Notes: generated from the letters alone by a model not told the origin. A stretch of 64,000 nucleotides of DNA from Croceitalea vernalis (GCF_031846405.1 NZ_JAVRHU010000001.1:235160-299159); one strand, 5' to 3'; counted from the first letter of the stretch, positions 1 through 10,176 are shown. Program-made: numbers and translations.

Positions 1-819
1 CATTCAGCGGGTTACGTAAATTTATCCGTAGACCCAAGTAGCGAACAAGAGATTTTTAAAGAAAATTTAAGTTTTACAGAGCAGATTTTCAACACCTATA
101 AATCGTATCTAAAAAAGTTTATTTATATCAGCACAGCATTTTCCATTGGCAAATTAGATGGGATATTGAAAGATAATTATGTGGCTATAGAACAAAATGA
201 ATATCGAAATTTTTATGAAGCTTCAAAACATGCCGCTGAAAAATATCTCGTAAAGGCAGGGCAAGAGAACAAAATTGCGATTCAAATTTTAAGACCCAGT
301 GTTCTTGGAGGCAATATAATGGATAGACCTTCATTTTTTATTTCTAAATACATGGTTTTTTACCTTTTTGCAAAATTTTTTCACCGCAATAATTCTGATG
401 ATATGGTTCGTATTCAGGCCAATTCGGATAGTAAACTGAATATCATTCCAACAGATTATGCTGCCAAAGTCATTACCAAAGTCTTTGATACAACTGTAGA
501 ACAACTAAATATTGTTAACTCCAAAGGCACTCAAATCTTTACAGGTATTACTAAAATTTTGGAAACTGTTGATTTTAAAAACTTTAGGTTAACTCAAGAG
601 TTATTAGAAACGGCTAATGAATTTGAAAGTACCTTAGAAAAGTTTTATTACGAAACCATTGGTATTCATTTAACTCCGTACCTAACGGCAAAACCTTACG
701 AATGGGACACCACCCTTTTAGAAAGTATTTTACCTATACCTCAATATAATTTAGAAGAATACCTGGTAAACACCATTGAATATGCCAAAGAAAATGGTTT
801 TAGAAACCAAAGATGGTAA
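1..819 (+). CDS. NAD-dependent epimerase/dehydratase (SDR superfamily), C-terminal part; 5' end lies outside the window
   Basis: The frame is open from nt 1. The in-frame upstream translation reads ...YISTAFSIG... and the YEASKHAAEKY stretch fits the SDR YxxxK catalytic motif. The ORF-track start at 166 is probably internal. Confidence 0.55.
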   Translation, partial: HSAGYVNLSVDPSSEQEIFKENLSFTEQIFNTYKSYLKKFIYISTAFSIGKLDGILKDNYVAIEQNEYRNFYEASKHAAEKYLVKAGQENKIAIQILRPSVLGGNIMDRPSFFISKYMVFYLFAKFFHRNNSDDMVRIQANSDSKLNIIPTDYAAKVITKVFDTTVEQLNIVNSKGTQIFTGITKILETVDFKNFRLTQELLETANEFESTLEKFYYETIGIHLTPYLTAKPYEWDTTLLESILPIPQYNLEEYLVNTIEYAKENGFRNQRW

Positions 820-864
820 AAGCAACCCTTCTCCTTTTATAACGTCTCTATTAAAAAGGAAACC

Positions 865-1347
865 ATGGTAAAGCATTCTCTTCAAATAATTTATTCTCTT
901 TCTTTATCGCTTCTTTTCAGCTGCACACCATCATCAAATGATGCCTTAGAATTAACAGAAGAAATCAATGCTGTCTCTTTTAAGTTAGACGTCCCTGCTG
1001 GTTGGTCACTTCAAATTGACCAAGGAATAGATACTTACATCGGGAGAATAGCAAATGAAAGTGATACTATTTTTTTTGACTATGGCTTCCTTAGTTTTGG
1101 AGGTTTAGATCTTGTTGACGAAAATGATAATACCATTTCTTTTGAACGCACTTTGATTAATGGAATACCTTCTATTATTGTTAAAGAAAATACTCCTTAT
1201 GAAAATAGCAGGAGCATCCGTTTGAGTGCCTATATTGATTCAGGAGATAGAACAAGTCTTAATAGACTATATTGTTTTGACCCAAGCGACGAAGCTACAA
1301 TACGTGCTATTATGAAATCACATGTTTTTTTACCTATAACTAATTAA
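865..1347 (+). CDS. hypothetical lipoprotein
   Basis: N-terminal signal peptide with lipobox LLFSC. No recognisable catalytic motif. Confidence 0.45.
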   Translation: MVKHSLQIIYSLSLSLLFSCTPSSNDALELTEEINAVSFKLDVPAGWSLQIDQGIDTYIGRIANESDTIFFDYGFLSFGGLDLVDENDNTISFERTLINGIPSIIVKENTPYENSRSIRLSAYIDSGDRTSLNRLYCFDPSDEATIRAIMKSHVFLPITN

Positions 1348-1357
1348 TTTGGATAAA

Positions 1358-2113
1358 TCACATATCTAACCAGCGCTTAAAATTTGTAGTTCGTTCTCTT
1401 GAAACAATAACTTTTTCTTCCTCTTTAGGTAGAATTTTAAGTAGTAAGCGACTATTAAAGTAACTATGTATCTCGGTTACTGACTTTACCGAAACCATAA
1501 ATTTTCTGTTAATCCTAAAAAAGTGCACGGGATTCAAGATATTCTCCAATTGGTCAATAGTATATTCAATTGGATATGATTGACCTGAATGTGTTTGTAA
1601 ACAAATCATACCTTCATGTGATTTAAAATAGGCAATATCTTCCACGTTAAAAGACTTAAACATATTACCTACTTTAACCATAAATCGATGTTTATACTCT
1701 TTATGAAAAAGCTGTTTTAAATGTTCAAGATTTTCGGTCGCCCCATTCCCGTTTCTGGTAATATTTTTTTTGAATTTTTCTAAGGCCTTTTTCAAGTCTT
1801 CTTTAACGATAGGTTTTAATAAATAATCTAAACCGTTGTACTTAAAACCACGAATAGCAAATTCATTATAAGCAGTTGTAAAAATGACTGGAGGATGTTC
1901 TTCAAGGCCATCCAATATATCAAAGCCATACCCGTCGTTCAACTGAATGTCTAAAAAAATAAGATCGGGTTGTTCGTTTTTATTGAACCATTTTGAGCCA
2001 CTTTCAACGGAATTAAGTATTGCTTCAAGCTTAATATCAGGGGCCAGTTCATTAACCAATTGCCCTAAACGTTTAGCTGCAAACTCTTCGTCTTCAACGA
2101 TAATAGCTTTCAT
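1358..2113 (-). CDS. LytTR-family two-component response regulator
   Basis: N-terminal receiver domain (MKAIIVEDEEF...DLIFLDIQLNDGYGFDIL) and C-terminal LytTR DNA-binding domain. ATGA start/stop overlap with the upstream kinase. Confidence 0.85.
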   Translation of the reverse strand: MKAIIVEDEEFAAKRLGQLVNELAPDIKLEAILNSVESGSKWFNKNEQPDLIFLDIQLNDGYGFDILDGLEEHPPVIFTTAYNEFAIRGFKYNGLDYLLKPIVKEDLKKALEKFKKNITRNGNGATENLEHLKQLFHKEYKHRFMVKVGNMFKSFNVEDIAYFKSHEGMICLQTHSGQSYPIEYTIDQLENILNPVHFFRINRKFMVSVKSVTEIHSYFNSRLLLKILPKEEEKVIVSRERTTNFKRWLDM

Positions 2114-3201
2114 TAAGAAATGGCTTTTAAATTCATTTTAGTGATATTTTCACTTAAAAGAGGAATAATAACTTCAAAAAAATCGCTTTCCTTACGAACT
2201 AGGACTTGTTTATTAGTGTAAAAAGCATATCTCTTTTTAATGTTTTTAATACCTAATTCAGTTGTCTTTTCCTTTAAATTTCTCTTTTGAAAATTATTTT
2301 TAATAACTAAAGCATCCTTGCTAATCGTTGAAATTGAAACTTTTAAGGGCTTTTCTTTACTATATAAATTATGCTTGAGGGCGTTTTCAACCAACATTTG
2401 TAAGGAGAGGGTTGGTATTAAATATCGCTCTGGGTCCACGCTTATATTAAGGTCAATGGTTACGGCTTCTTTATGGCGCACATCCATCATAAAAGTAAAA
2501 GCATCCAAAAATCCAAGTTCCTTACTTAATGTTACTAAATCATGTTCGCGATTATCTAAAATGTACCGATAACTTCGAGCCAACCTAGTTACAAAATCAG
2601 AAGCCAAATCTCTATCCTCATACATTAAAGATGTTAATGTGTTTAAACTATTGAATAAAAAATGAGGGCTAATTTGATTTTTTAATGAAGCGTATTGTGA
2701 CGCCAACATATCTTTCTGTAAATCTTCTAGTTGTTTCTCCAATTCATCATGGTGATTCATAGCATAATGAAACATATTAGCAAAAATGACGGCCATTCCA
2801 ATTAAAACCCCTCTTGAAAAGTCTATAATAAATTGTTGCTCCGGTCCATTAGGGCAAACAATTCCCCAAGCTTCTTTAAATGTAAATTGTGCTAAATAAT
2901 ACACTAAAGCACACATAGGCAACATGATTGACATGTTGATACATATAATCTTTAAACTTCTTTTAAGGTTAAGTCGACAATACTTTTTATGACGTTTTAA
3001 TAAATAATCGTTTACCTCCCAAGTGAGCATAAGAAGGAAAAAAGCGCTGACATAATAAAACAGACTAGTTGAAGTAAATAACCCTTCATATTCTTTTCCG
3101 TCATGCTCCATGGTCATCTTAACCGCAAAATACACCACATTGACCACCATCCAGCGGAACAAAAACTTATGAACTCCTTTTTTACTAAAAAAACCTTTCA
3201 T
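2113..3201 (-). CDS. sensor histidine kinase, LytS/YehU-type (multi-TM N-terminus, His_kinase H-box)
   Basis: Several N-terminal TM helices. H-box PHFLFNSLNTL typical of the LytS family. C-terminal HATPase region. Translationally coupled to the response regulator. Confidence 0.8.
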   Translation of the reverse strand: MKGFFSKKGVHKFLFRWMVVNVVYFAVKMTMEHDGKEYEGLFTSTSLFYYVSAFFLLMLTWEVNDYLLKRHKKYCRLNLKRSLKIICINMSIMLPMCALVYYLAQFTFKEAWGIVCPNGPEQQFIIDFSRGVLIGMAVIFANMFHYAMNHHDELEKQLEDLQKDMLASQYASLKNQISPHFLFNSLNTLTSLMYEDRDLASDFVTRLARSYRYILDNREHDLVTLSKELGFLDAFTFMMDVRHKEAVTIDLNISVDPERYLIPTLSLQMLVENALKHNLYSKEKPLKVSISTISKDALVIKNNFQKRNLKEKTTELGIKNIKKRYAFYTNKQVLVRKESDFFEVIIPLLSENITKMNLKAIS

Positions 3202-3436
3202 CGCAACTTTAAAGATACATAAGTATTAAGTTGTTATTATAACACCTTTTTTCTACTGTTGATATTTGATTTGAATTGTAGCTATCTCATCTGAACTGTA
3301 ATCTAAAGACTTAATCAAGATTTTTCGCTTTAAAAGCTAAATCAACAGCCTATTTGAATAATTAACGATACATAAATTTAGTGCATATCATAGGCAAACA
3401 GACTTTTCATCTTTGAGTCAATCAAACAAAAAAGTC

Positions 3437-5821
3437 ATGAAGAATTTAGTATTATTATTGCTAATTGCAACGTTTCAATTAGGTTTTGCTCAAACAGGTG
3501 TTATAAAGGGCGTAGTAATTGATAAACAATCAGAACAACCACTGGAAGGCTCAACTATTGAATTACTTAATGTAGCAACAGCAACAGGAGTTATTACTGA
3601 TTTTGATGGCAGATTTACGTTGGAAAATGTGCCATTAGGTCGGCATGCTATACAAATTAGTTATATCGGATACGAGAGTTTAACGCTTCCCAACATTGAG
3701 GTAACCGCAGGAAAACAAGTTATTGTCAACATCAGTCTTTTAGAATCATTTAATCAACTAGATGAAATTATTCTGACGAATAATACCAACCAAGATAAGG
3801 CACTAAACAAATTAGCAACCGTTTCTGCTAGACAGTTTGGAGTAGAAGAAGTTACTCGATTTTCTGGAGGGCGAAGTGATGTAGGTAGGTTAGCAGCTAA
3901 CTTTGCAGGAGTTTCTGCGCCTAATGATAGTAGAAATGACATTGTGGTACGAGGTAATAGCCCCACTGGACTTTTATGGCGACTGGAAGGTGTTCCTATT
4001 CCGAGCCCGAATCATTTTTCAACCGCAGGTACCACTGGTGGACCTGTTTCTGCTTTAAATCCAAATCTTTTAAAAAATTCAGATTTTATTACTTCAGCAT
4101 TCCCGGCGGAATACGGAAATGCTATAGGAGGTGTTTTTGACTTGGGGTTTAGAACAGGAAATCCAGATTCTTATGAATACACATTGCAAACAGGAATATT
4201 TACAGGTATTGAAGCCATGGCTGAAGGTCCTTTGGGCACTAACAAAGGGTCTTTTGTTGTTGCTGCTAGATATTCCTTGGTTGGTTTATTAGGTGTAGGA
4301 GCTGGTGGAACCTCAGCCGTACCCAATTACAATGACCTATCTTTTAATCTCGATTTTGGAAAGGTTAATAACGGCAGTCTATCCTTTTTTGGCATTTTAG
4401 GAGGTTCAGATATTGAGTTTCTCGGTGATGATATTGATGAAAAAGATCTGTTCGCTGCAGAAGATGAAAATAGTTTTGCCGACTCTAAATTCGGAGTACT
4501 CGGACTTAAGTACAATTTAAGTATTGGAGACAAAGCGTATTTAAAAACTATACTTTCTGGATCTTATTCCGGAAATACTTTTTTTGCTGATAGATTTATT
4601 GACAAAAATACCCCCGAAGAGCGTTTGATAAGATTTACAGACGCTGATAATACAGAAGTACGGTTTACACTTTCTACACTTTTTAATAATAAAGTCACTA
4701 ATAAATTCAGCTTTAGAACAGGATTACTATTTGAAAACTTTAATATTCAAAATCTATTGAGAGATAGAAACGAGCAAGCAGATACAAATGGAGACGGTGA
4801 TCCTGATTTAATAACCTTTACCGACATTGATGAGAACATCAGTCTTATTCAACCTTACATTCAAGGTCAATTAAGATTAAGCGAAACTTTAACCTTAAAT
4901 GCCGGTCTACATTCGCAATACAGTACATTAAATAAACAATTCGCTTTAGGGCCCAGAGCAGCCGTAAATTATCAATTTTCACCTAATCACGCCCTTAATT
5001 TTGGTTACGGATTGCATTATCAAAATATCCCATATCCTTTACTCTTTTTAAATGAAAATGTTGGTGGAAACATTTCACAAACAAATAAAGACCTAGACTT
5101 TGTTCAAAGCAGTCATTTTGTTCTAGGTTATGATGTTAAATTAGGGAATTCATGGAGAGGAAAATTGGAGTTATACCGCCAAGATATTAATGGAGCTGGT
5201 GTTGAATCTAATCCCTCTAGTTATTCAAGTTTAACTGAAGGTGCAGATTTCATTTTTCAAAATGACCGAGTATCATTGGTAAATGATGGAACTGGGTTCA
5301 ATCAAGGTATTGAATTTACGTTGGAGAAATTTTTTAGCAAAGGGTATTATGGCCTATTTACTGGTTCCTTCTTTGAAAGTAAATATGAAGGTAGTGATGG
5401 TATTGAAAGAAATAGCCCCTTTAATAATGGTTATGTTATTAACATTTTGGCGGGTAAAGAATTTAAAATTGGAAATTCAGGAAATAAAACTCTTTTTGTC
5501 GATACTCGTGTCACCAATTCTGGTGGACGCTATTTTACTCCTGTAGATTTAGAAGCGTCGCAGTTGGCCGGTTTCGAAATTTTGAGAGAAGATGAAGCTT
5601 TCAGCCAACAATTAGACGACTATTTCAGATGGGACGTTAAGTTTGGAATTAAAATTAACAGCAAAAACAAAAAACGTTCTCATCAACTTTATTTTGATTT
5701 GCAAAATATAACGGCAAACGAAAATATTTTCACAAGAAGATATAACCGATTGACAAATCAAGTTGATCAAGTAGACCAAATAGGATTTTTTCCTGATTTT
5801 GGTTACAAGTTTCAATTTTAA
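3437..5821 (+). CDS. TonB-dependent receptor with carboxypeptidase-regulatory-like N-domain
   Basis: Signal peptide MKNLVLLLLIATFQLGFAQ. CarbopepD_reg-like stretch (TGVIKGVVID...GSTIELL). Plug region (IVVRGNSPTG). Ends in an aromatic C-terminal residue (F). The ORF track starts at 3413, but the internal Met at 3437 gives a canonical signal peptide. Confidence 0.8.
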   Translation: MKNLVLLLLIATFQLGFAQTGVIKGVVIDKQSEQPLEGSTIELLNVATATGVITDFDGRFTLENVPLGRHAIQISYIGYESLTLPNIEVTAGKQVIVNISLLESFNQLDEIILTNNTNQDKALNKLATVSARQFGVEEVTRFSGGRSDVGRLAANFAGVSAPNDSRNDIVVRGNSPTGLLWRLEGVPIPSPNHFSTAGTTGGPVSALNPNLLKNSDFITSAFPAEYGNAIGGVFDLGFRTGNPDSYEYTLQTGIFTGIEAMAEGPLGTNKGSFVVAARYSLVGLLGVGAGGTSAVPNYNDLSFNLDFGKVNNGSLSFFGILGGSDIEFLGDDIDEKDLFAAEDENSFADSKFGVLGLKYNLSIGDKAYLKTILSGSYSGNTFFADRFIDKNTPEERLIRFTDADNTEVRFTLSTLFNNKVTNKFSFRTGLLFENFNIQNLLRDRNEQADTNGDGDPDLITFTDIDENISLIQPYIQGQLRLSETLTLNAGLHSQYSTLNKQFALGPRAAVNYQFSPNHALNFGYGLHYQNIPYPLLFLNENVGGNISQTNKDLDFVQSSHFVLGYDVKLGNSWRGKLELYRQDINGAGVESNPSSYSSLTEGADFIFQNDRVSLVNDGTGFNQGIEFTLEKFFSKGYYGLFTGSFFESKYEGSDGIERNSPFNNGYVINILAGKEFKIGNSGNKTLFVDTRVTNSGGRYFTPVDLEASQLAGFEILREDEAFSQQLDDYFRWDVKFGIKINSKNKKRSHQLYFDLQNITANENIFTRRYNRLTNQVDQVDQIGFFPDFGYKFQF

Positions 5822-5854
5822 GCGTCATATAGTCAACAATCAAAAGCAACAATC

Positions 5855-5977
5855 ATGAAAAAAGTAAAAGAAAAAACTCAAAAGAATGCAAAAGAAATAA
5901 AGACTACTACCTTTAGCCTAAATAGAAAAAAACTATCAAAACCTCGTTTTATATGGTGGGGTTGGAAAACAGTTTAA
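5855..5977 (+). CDS. candidate 40-aa small protein (Lys-rich N-terminus, W-rich tail KPRFIWWGWKTV)
   Basis: ATG-initiated ORF absent from the ORF track. It sits 33 nt after the receptor stop and 4 nt before the next gene. Translation: MKKVKEKTQKNAKEIKTTTFSLNRKKLSKPRFIWWGWKTV. Confidence 0.2.
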   Translation: MKKVKEKTQKNAKEIKTTTFSLNRKKLSKPRFIWWGWKTV

Positions 5978-5981
5978 AAAG

Positions 5982-6521
5982 ATGAAGAAAATAGCGCTCA
6001 TTTTAGGGATAATTATAATTGGCCTTATCGCCTTTGTTCAATTGAGAAAACGTGAAACTTCACCAGATTTTTTAAATAAAGAATTTGGTGAAATAGAAAA
6101 GTTATTTTCCAAAAGAGATTTTGCAAATCCTGAAGTTTCGAAGGCGAATGTTGCTTGGCACCTAGATCATATGTTAAAGACAATCAATCAAGTTTCGAAA
6201 AAGTTAATCGATTCTGATCCAGGTGCGTTTCGTTCAAATTTTAGTCCCCAAAGAACTTTTGTACATACTTCTGGTATAATTCCAAGAGGAGCTGCAGAGT
6301 CACCAAAAAATGTAAGACCACCCGAAGTTGTTTTATTAGATAGTCTTGAAAGACAGTTAAGTCTAGCAAAAATTAACTTAAAAAAAATCACAGATCTAAA
6401 TGAGAAAGCAAATTTTCAACATCCCATATTTAAGCAACTAGATCGTGACCAAACCAGACGATTTCTTGATGTGCATACCAACCATCATCTAAAAATTATT
6501 CGAGATATTTTAAATGATTAA
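5982..6521 (+). CDS. DinB/DUF1569-like protein with N-terminal TM anchor
   Basis: N-terminal hydrophobic helix. HLDHM...HTNHHL histidine pattern typical of the DinB_2/DUF1569 four-helix bundle. Confidence 0.45.
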   Translation: MKKIALILGIIIIGLIAFVQLRKRETSPDFLNKEFGEIEKLFSKRDFANPEVSKANVAWHLDHMLKTINQVSKKLIDSDPGAFRSNFSPQRTFVHTSGIIPRGAAESPKNVRPPEVVLLDSLERQLSLAKINLKKITDLNEKANFQHPIFKQLDRDQTRRFLDVHTNHHLKIIRDILND

Positions 6522-6542
6522 TTTTAATGTTATGACTAAATT

Positions 6543-7088
6543 CTAATCATAAACTTCAACAATCAATTCTATTTCAACACATTGACCTCTGGGCAAAGAC
6601 GCCATACCTACAGCTGCCCTTGCATGTTTTCCTTTTTCTCCAAATACTTCAACCATCAAATCAGAAAACCCATTAATGACTTTGGGTTGATCTACAAAGG
6701 AAGGCTCGCAATTAACCATACCCAGCACTTTAACAACACGTTTTACTCTATTAAGGTTACCAAGCATTGATTTGAGTACAGCAAGTTGATTAATCGCCGT
6801 AAGGCGTGCACCTTCATAGGCTTTTTCAATAGTAACATCTTTACCAACCTTACCTGTAATTTCTGTGCCATCGGCATATCTTGGCCCTTTACCTGCTAAG
6901 AAGATAAGATTTCCAGTTTGTACCCCATTCACATAATTAGCTACAGGTTGTGGGGGACTCGGTAAGGTGATACCTAATTCTTGTAATTTGGCCTCTGGAT
7001 CATAATCTTTTTCGGGCTCTTCTTGACCAAATGAAACAATGCCAGTTAAAATAATTATCGGAATAAGTAATTGACTAATTTTTTTCAT
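6543..7088 (-). CDS. RidA/YjgF-family reactive-intermediate deaminase with cleavable signal peptide (exported)
   Basis: C-terminal signature ARAAVGMASLPRGQCVEIELIVEV. N-terminal MKKISQLLIPIIILTGIVSFGQ signal peptide. The 5' end overlaps the upstream gene by 14 nt. Confidence 0.75.
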   Translation of the reverse strand: MKKISQLLIPIIILTGIVSFGQEEPEKDYDPEAKLQELGITLPSPPQPVANYVNGVQTGNLIFLAGKGPRYADGTEITGKVGKDVTIEKAYEGARLTAINQLAVLKSMLGNLNRVKRVVKVLGMVNCEPSFVDQPKVINGFSDLMVEVFGEKGKHARAAVGMASLPRGQCVEIELIVEVYD

Positions 7089-10000
7089 TTTCTACTTTTT
7101 TACGCGGTTCAAAATCAGCTTCTTTCCAGAGCGCATTACTATCATAATAATTACCATTCGTAATTACTGCGGAAACCGTTCTTAGGTTAGAAATATCTTT
7201 AAGCGGGTTTTTATCCAGTATAGCTATATCAGCCTCTTTGCCTATTTCTAAACTACCCGTTTGTTGTTCCATCTTCATTACCCTAGCTGGGATAATGGTG
7301 GCGGTTTGAATAGCCTCAAAAGGAGTTAGCTTTGCAAGTTTATGGTAAGCCTCTATTTCTTGATACAAACTAAAAACCGGCACTATATTATCTGTACCCG
7401 CTACAATTGGTACACCTGCTCTAAAAAAGTGTCCTATTATTTCTAAATACTTGGTATATCTAGCCTTTCGCTCTAGTGATGCTTCTAGACTTACTCCCTT
7501 TCTATTCCTTTTGGGTTCCCATAACTCATAAGCTATTCTTGGCGCATCTGGTTCAATTGTTTTTAAAGCTTTTCCCTCCTGTAAAGAAGTGATAATTCTT
7601 ATATTCATTGTAGGATCCAAAACAATTTTATGTTCCAATAGAAAGTCAGTTGCTCTTTTAATCTGATCACTACTAATCGCATTATAATCTATTTCTAGTT
7701 TCCCAAAATTCTTTTTTTTCTCATTAGGAAAAAGTAATGAGGTTATCGCTCTATCATGACTAAACATATTCATTCCCAATTTTACAGCATCTGCAACGGT
7801 TCCAACAGGTGTAGGTATATGTCCAGTTACTGTAACCCCTCTTTTATGTGCCTCTTCGGAAAGCACTTTTAAGATGTCAGGTTCTATTGAGTTATAAATT
7901 TTTATCTGCTTATACCCTAGGTCAATATATCTTTTTATAACATCTTTTGCTTCTTGTTCCGTTCTTGCTCGAATAATTCCATTACCTTTTTTTCCAGGTC
8001 CATCGGTCATTCCCGCTAAGAGAATATCTGGCCCTAGTTTACCTTCTTTTGCAATGGCATCCTTAAAAGCGGTAGCAAACTCAATCTCATTACCATTATC
8101 TCTGATTGTAGTTACGCCTCCGGCCAAGTAGGCAGGTGCCCATGGTACTTGATTGCTATGAGCATGCATATCCCAAAGCCCAGGAATGAGTGTTTTTCCT
8201 TTTACATCAATAATTTTTGCCTCCGTCGGAAGTTCTATTTTGCCTTCATCTTCTATCTTGGCAATACGTCCATCTTGGATAAGTAAAACTTTATTTTTTT
8301 GGGTTTTATCATGAATACCATCTACTATATCTCCGCCTACTAAAGCAATAGTTTTGAATGGTTGTTTCTTTTGATTTTTGGTATATGTTGCTAAATCTGT
8401 CATTTGTTCTGCAACATGCCCTTCTATAAAGGTCGACATTGCAGATTCATAGCCCCTTTTAATAACTTCTCGAATTTGGGTATTAGCTTTAACTAAAGCA
8501 ACGAGATTTTTATGCTTATCTAGCCAAACCGTTCTACCACCCCAATTGATTCCTTCAACAACATATCTATCTAGTATTTGCTGTTTCCCCTTAATTTGTA
8601 TGGTGTCTTTAGCCGTATGCCTAATCTCAATTTTACCTCGGGGCAAAGTAGTTAGGCCTTTTGGCCATTCTCCATTCTTAAAATAATAATGATATAACAT
8701 CATTTCCATAGCAGCTGGAATATTGCTATGAAGTGGAAAAAACGCCTCCTTGATATTTATCGTAACAGGGTCAAAGTATTCTTCCAATATTGTTGCTTGA
8801 TTATCGTGCAACTCCATTTTAAAAATGTTTGTTGTGTCTCCACGAGCAATTCGGATACTACTATAAAATTGAGGCGAAAATCCATCCTTAGTTACTTCTA
8901 AAACTGATTGAACACCAGATATTCTACCTCTTTCATTTTCACCTTGTAAAGACTCAATATGCAGGTTGTCTTTTTGGTTAACAATATTGAATGTCTCTTC
9001 TCCAATTAAAGACTGTCTCCGATAAACTAAAAAAACTCCTTTTTGATCTATATTTTCTAGAGCAGTGTCTTTATAACGATTAAAGTAATATCTATTGACT
9101 TCATCAGAATTACTTACTACAATATCCGGCAAACCATCTCTATTTAAATCATCAGTATAAATGTCATAAGTGAAAGAATCTTTATCTGATAAAGTAATCT
9201 TCTCCCAATTCTTTCCATTATTTGAATTGATAAAAACATGATTAGGTTGTCTAAAATTTCCAACAACGATATCGTCATTTCCATCAAGATTGAAATCTGC
9301 AGTGCTTAATGAAGAAGTATTATCCGAAACGGAATCATATACTATTTGAGATTCATATTTTAAAGTACTACTCCCGAAGTAGATTCTATTAGGTTCGCCA
9401 ATATTAGCACTAACAATATCTAGATATCCATCATTATTTACATCTGTGATGGCAACAGCTCTGGTATTATCTTTTCCACTGCCAAAAGGAACTTTTGTTG
9501 TAAAATTTAATTGACCGTTGTTTATATAAACATAATTTTGTTGTTCATCTCTATTGGCTAGTATAAGATCGTTATCTCCATCATTATCCATATCTGCTAC
9601 TTCTACATCAATAGTAGAATCACTCATACTACCAAAACCAAGAGACTGATTAAATTTTCCTTTCCCATTGTTTAGACATATTTCATTTTGTCTTCCTCTA
9701 TTGGTAATTAGAATATCTTCATCACCATCATTATCAATATCTGCAACAATAATATTTCTCGTTGGTGCATAATTTTCTCCAAAGTTGCCTGCTTTAGTAA
9801 AATTTCCTTTACCGTCATTTATAAAAAGGCAATTGGGTGCCATATCATTACCTACGGCGATATCAAGGTCCCCATCATTATCAAAGTCGGCTAAATCTGT
9901 TGAATAGCTAGTTGCTCTTTCAGCACCAAGAGGTTTAGAGACCGAAAATTTTCCGCTACCATTATTAAAGAAAATCCTATTTTGACCAGGCCAATGTCTT

Positions 10001-10176
10001 CCATTAGCTAAAACCACGTCCTTATCACCATCATTGTCTAAATCACCTACACCCATAGAAGCAGTCCGTTCTATATGAGTTCCAAAGATTAACCTGTTAT
10101 TAGTAATGAATTTTACCGATTGGCTTTGAACAGCGAAGCCAATAAAAAGGAATAAGAAAAGAGGTGTTTTGGTCAT
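7075..10176 (-). CDS. 1033-aa exported protein: N-terminal 7x FG-GAP/VCBS (DxDxDGxxD) beta-propeller fused to C-terminal amidohydrolase-superfamily domain
   Basis: Signal peptide. Seven D-[LIV]-D-N-D-G-D-x-D repeats in residues about 40-350. C-terminal region carries the HxH metal motif (GLWDMHAHS) plus later His/Asp residues (TGHIP, AGTDN) typical of TIM-barrel amidohydrolases. Confidence 0.7.
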   Translation of the reverse strand: MTKTPLFLFLFIGFAVQSQSVKFITNNRLIFGTHIERTASMGVGDLDNDGDKDVVLANGRHWPGQNRIFFNNGSGKFSVSKPLGAERATSYSTDLADFDNDGDLDIAVGNDMAPNCLFINDGKGNFTKAGNFGENYAPTRNIIVADIDNDGDEDILITNRGRQNEICLNNGKGKFNQSLGFGSMSDSTIDVEVADMDNDGDNDLILANRDEQQNYVYINNGQLNFTTKVPFGSGKDNTRAVAITDVNNDGYLDIVSANIGEPNRIYFGSSTLKYESQIVYDSVSDNTSSLSTADFNLDGNDDIVVGNFRQPNHVFINSNNGKNWEKITLSDKDSFTYDIYTDDLNRDGLPDIVVSNSDEVNRYYFNRYKDTALENIDQKGVFLVYRRQSLIGEETFNIVNQKDNLHIESLQGENERGRISGVQSVLEVTKDGFSPQFYSSIRIARGDTTNIFKMELHDNQATILEEYFDPVTINIKEAFFPLHSNIPAAMEMMLYHYYFKNGEWPKGLTTLPRGKIEIRHTAKDTIQIKGKQQILDRYVVEGINWGGRTVWLDKHKNLVALVKANTQIREVIKRGYESAMSTFIEGHVAEQMTDLATYTKNQKKQPFKTIALVGGDIVDGIHDKTQKNKVLLIQDGRIAKIEDEGKIELPTEAKIIDVKGKTLIPGLWDMHAHSNQVPWAPAYLAGGVTTIRDNGNEIEFATAFKDAIAKEGKLGPDILLAGMTDGPGKKGNGIIRARTEQEAKDVIKRYIDLGYKQIKIYNSIEPDILKVLSEEAHKRGVTVTGHIPTPVGTVADAVKLGMNMFSHDRAITSLLFPNEKKKNFGKLEIDYNAISSDQIKRATDFLLEHKIVLDPTMNIRIITSLQEGKALKTIEPDAPRIAYELWEPKRNRKGVSLEASLERKARYTKYLEIIGHFFRAGVPIVAGTDNIVPVFSLYQEIEAYHKLAKLTPFEAIQTATIIPARVMKMEQQTGSLEIGKEADIAILDKNPLKDISNLRTVSAVITNGNYYDSNALWKEADFEPRKKVENEKN

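Noticed and set aside
1947-2141. Many 60-107-aa ORFs in the six-frame track lie antisense to, or inside, large genes (for example 1947-2141, 2318-2572, 3754-3966, 4327-4533, 13404-13604, 26514-26764, 30256-30726, 46511-46801, 55679-55954, 60575-60898)
   Set aside because: They are fully embedded in well-supported longer genes on the other strand or frame. They have low-complexity or Ser/Leu-rich composition typical of antisense frames in AT-rich DNA, with no motifs.
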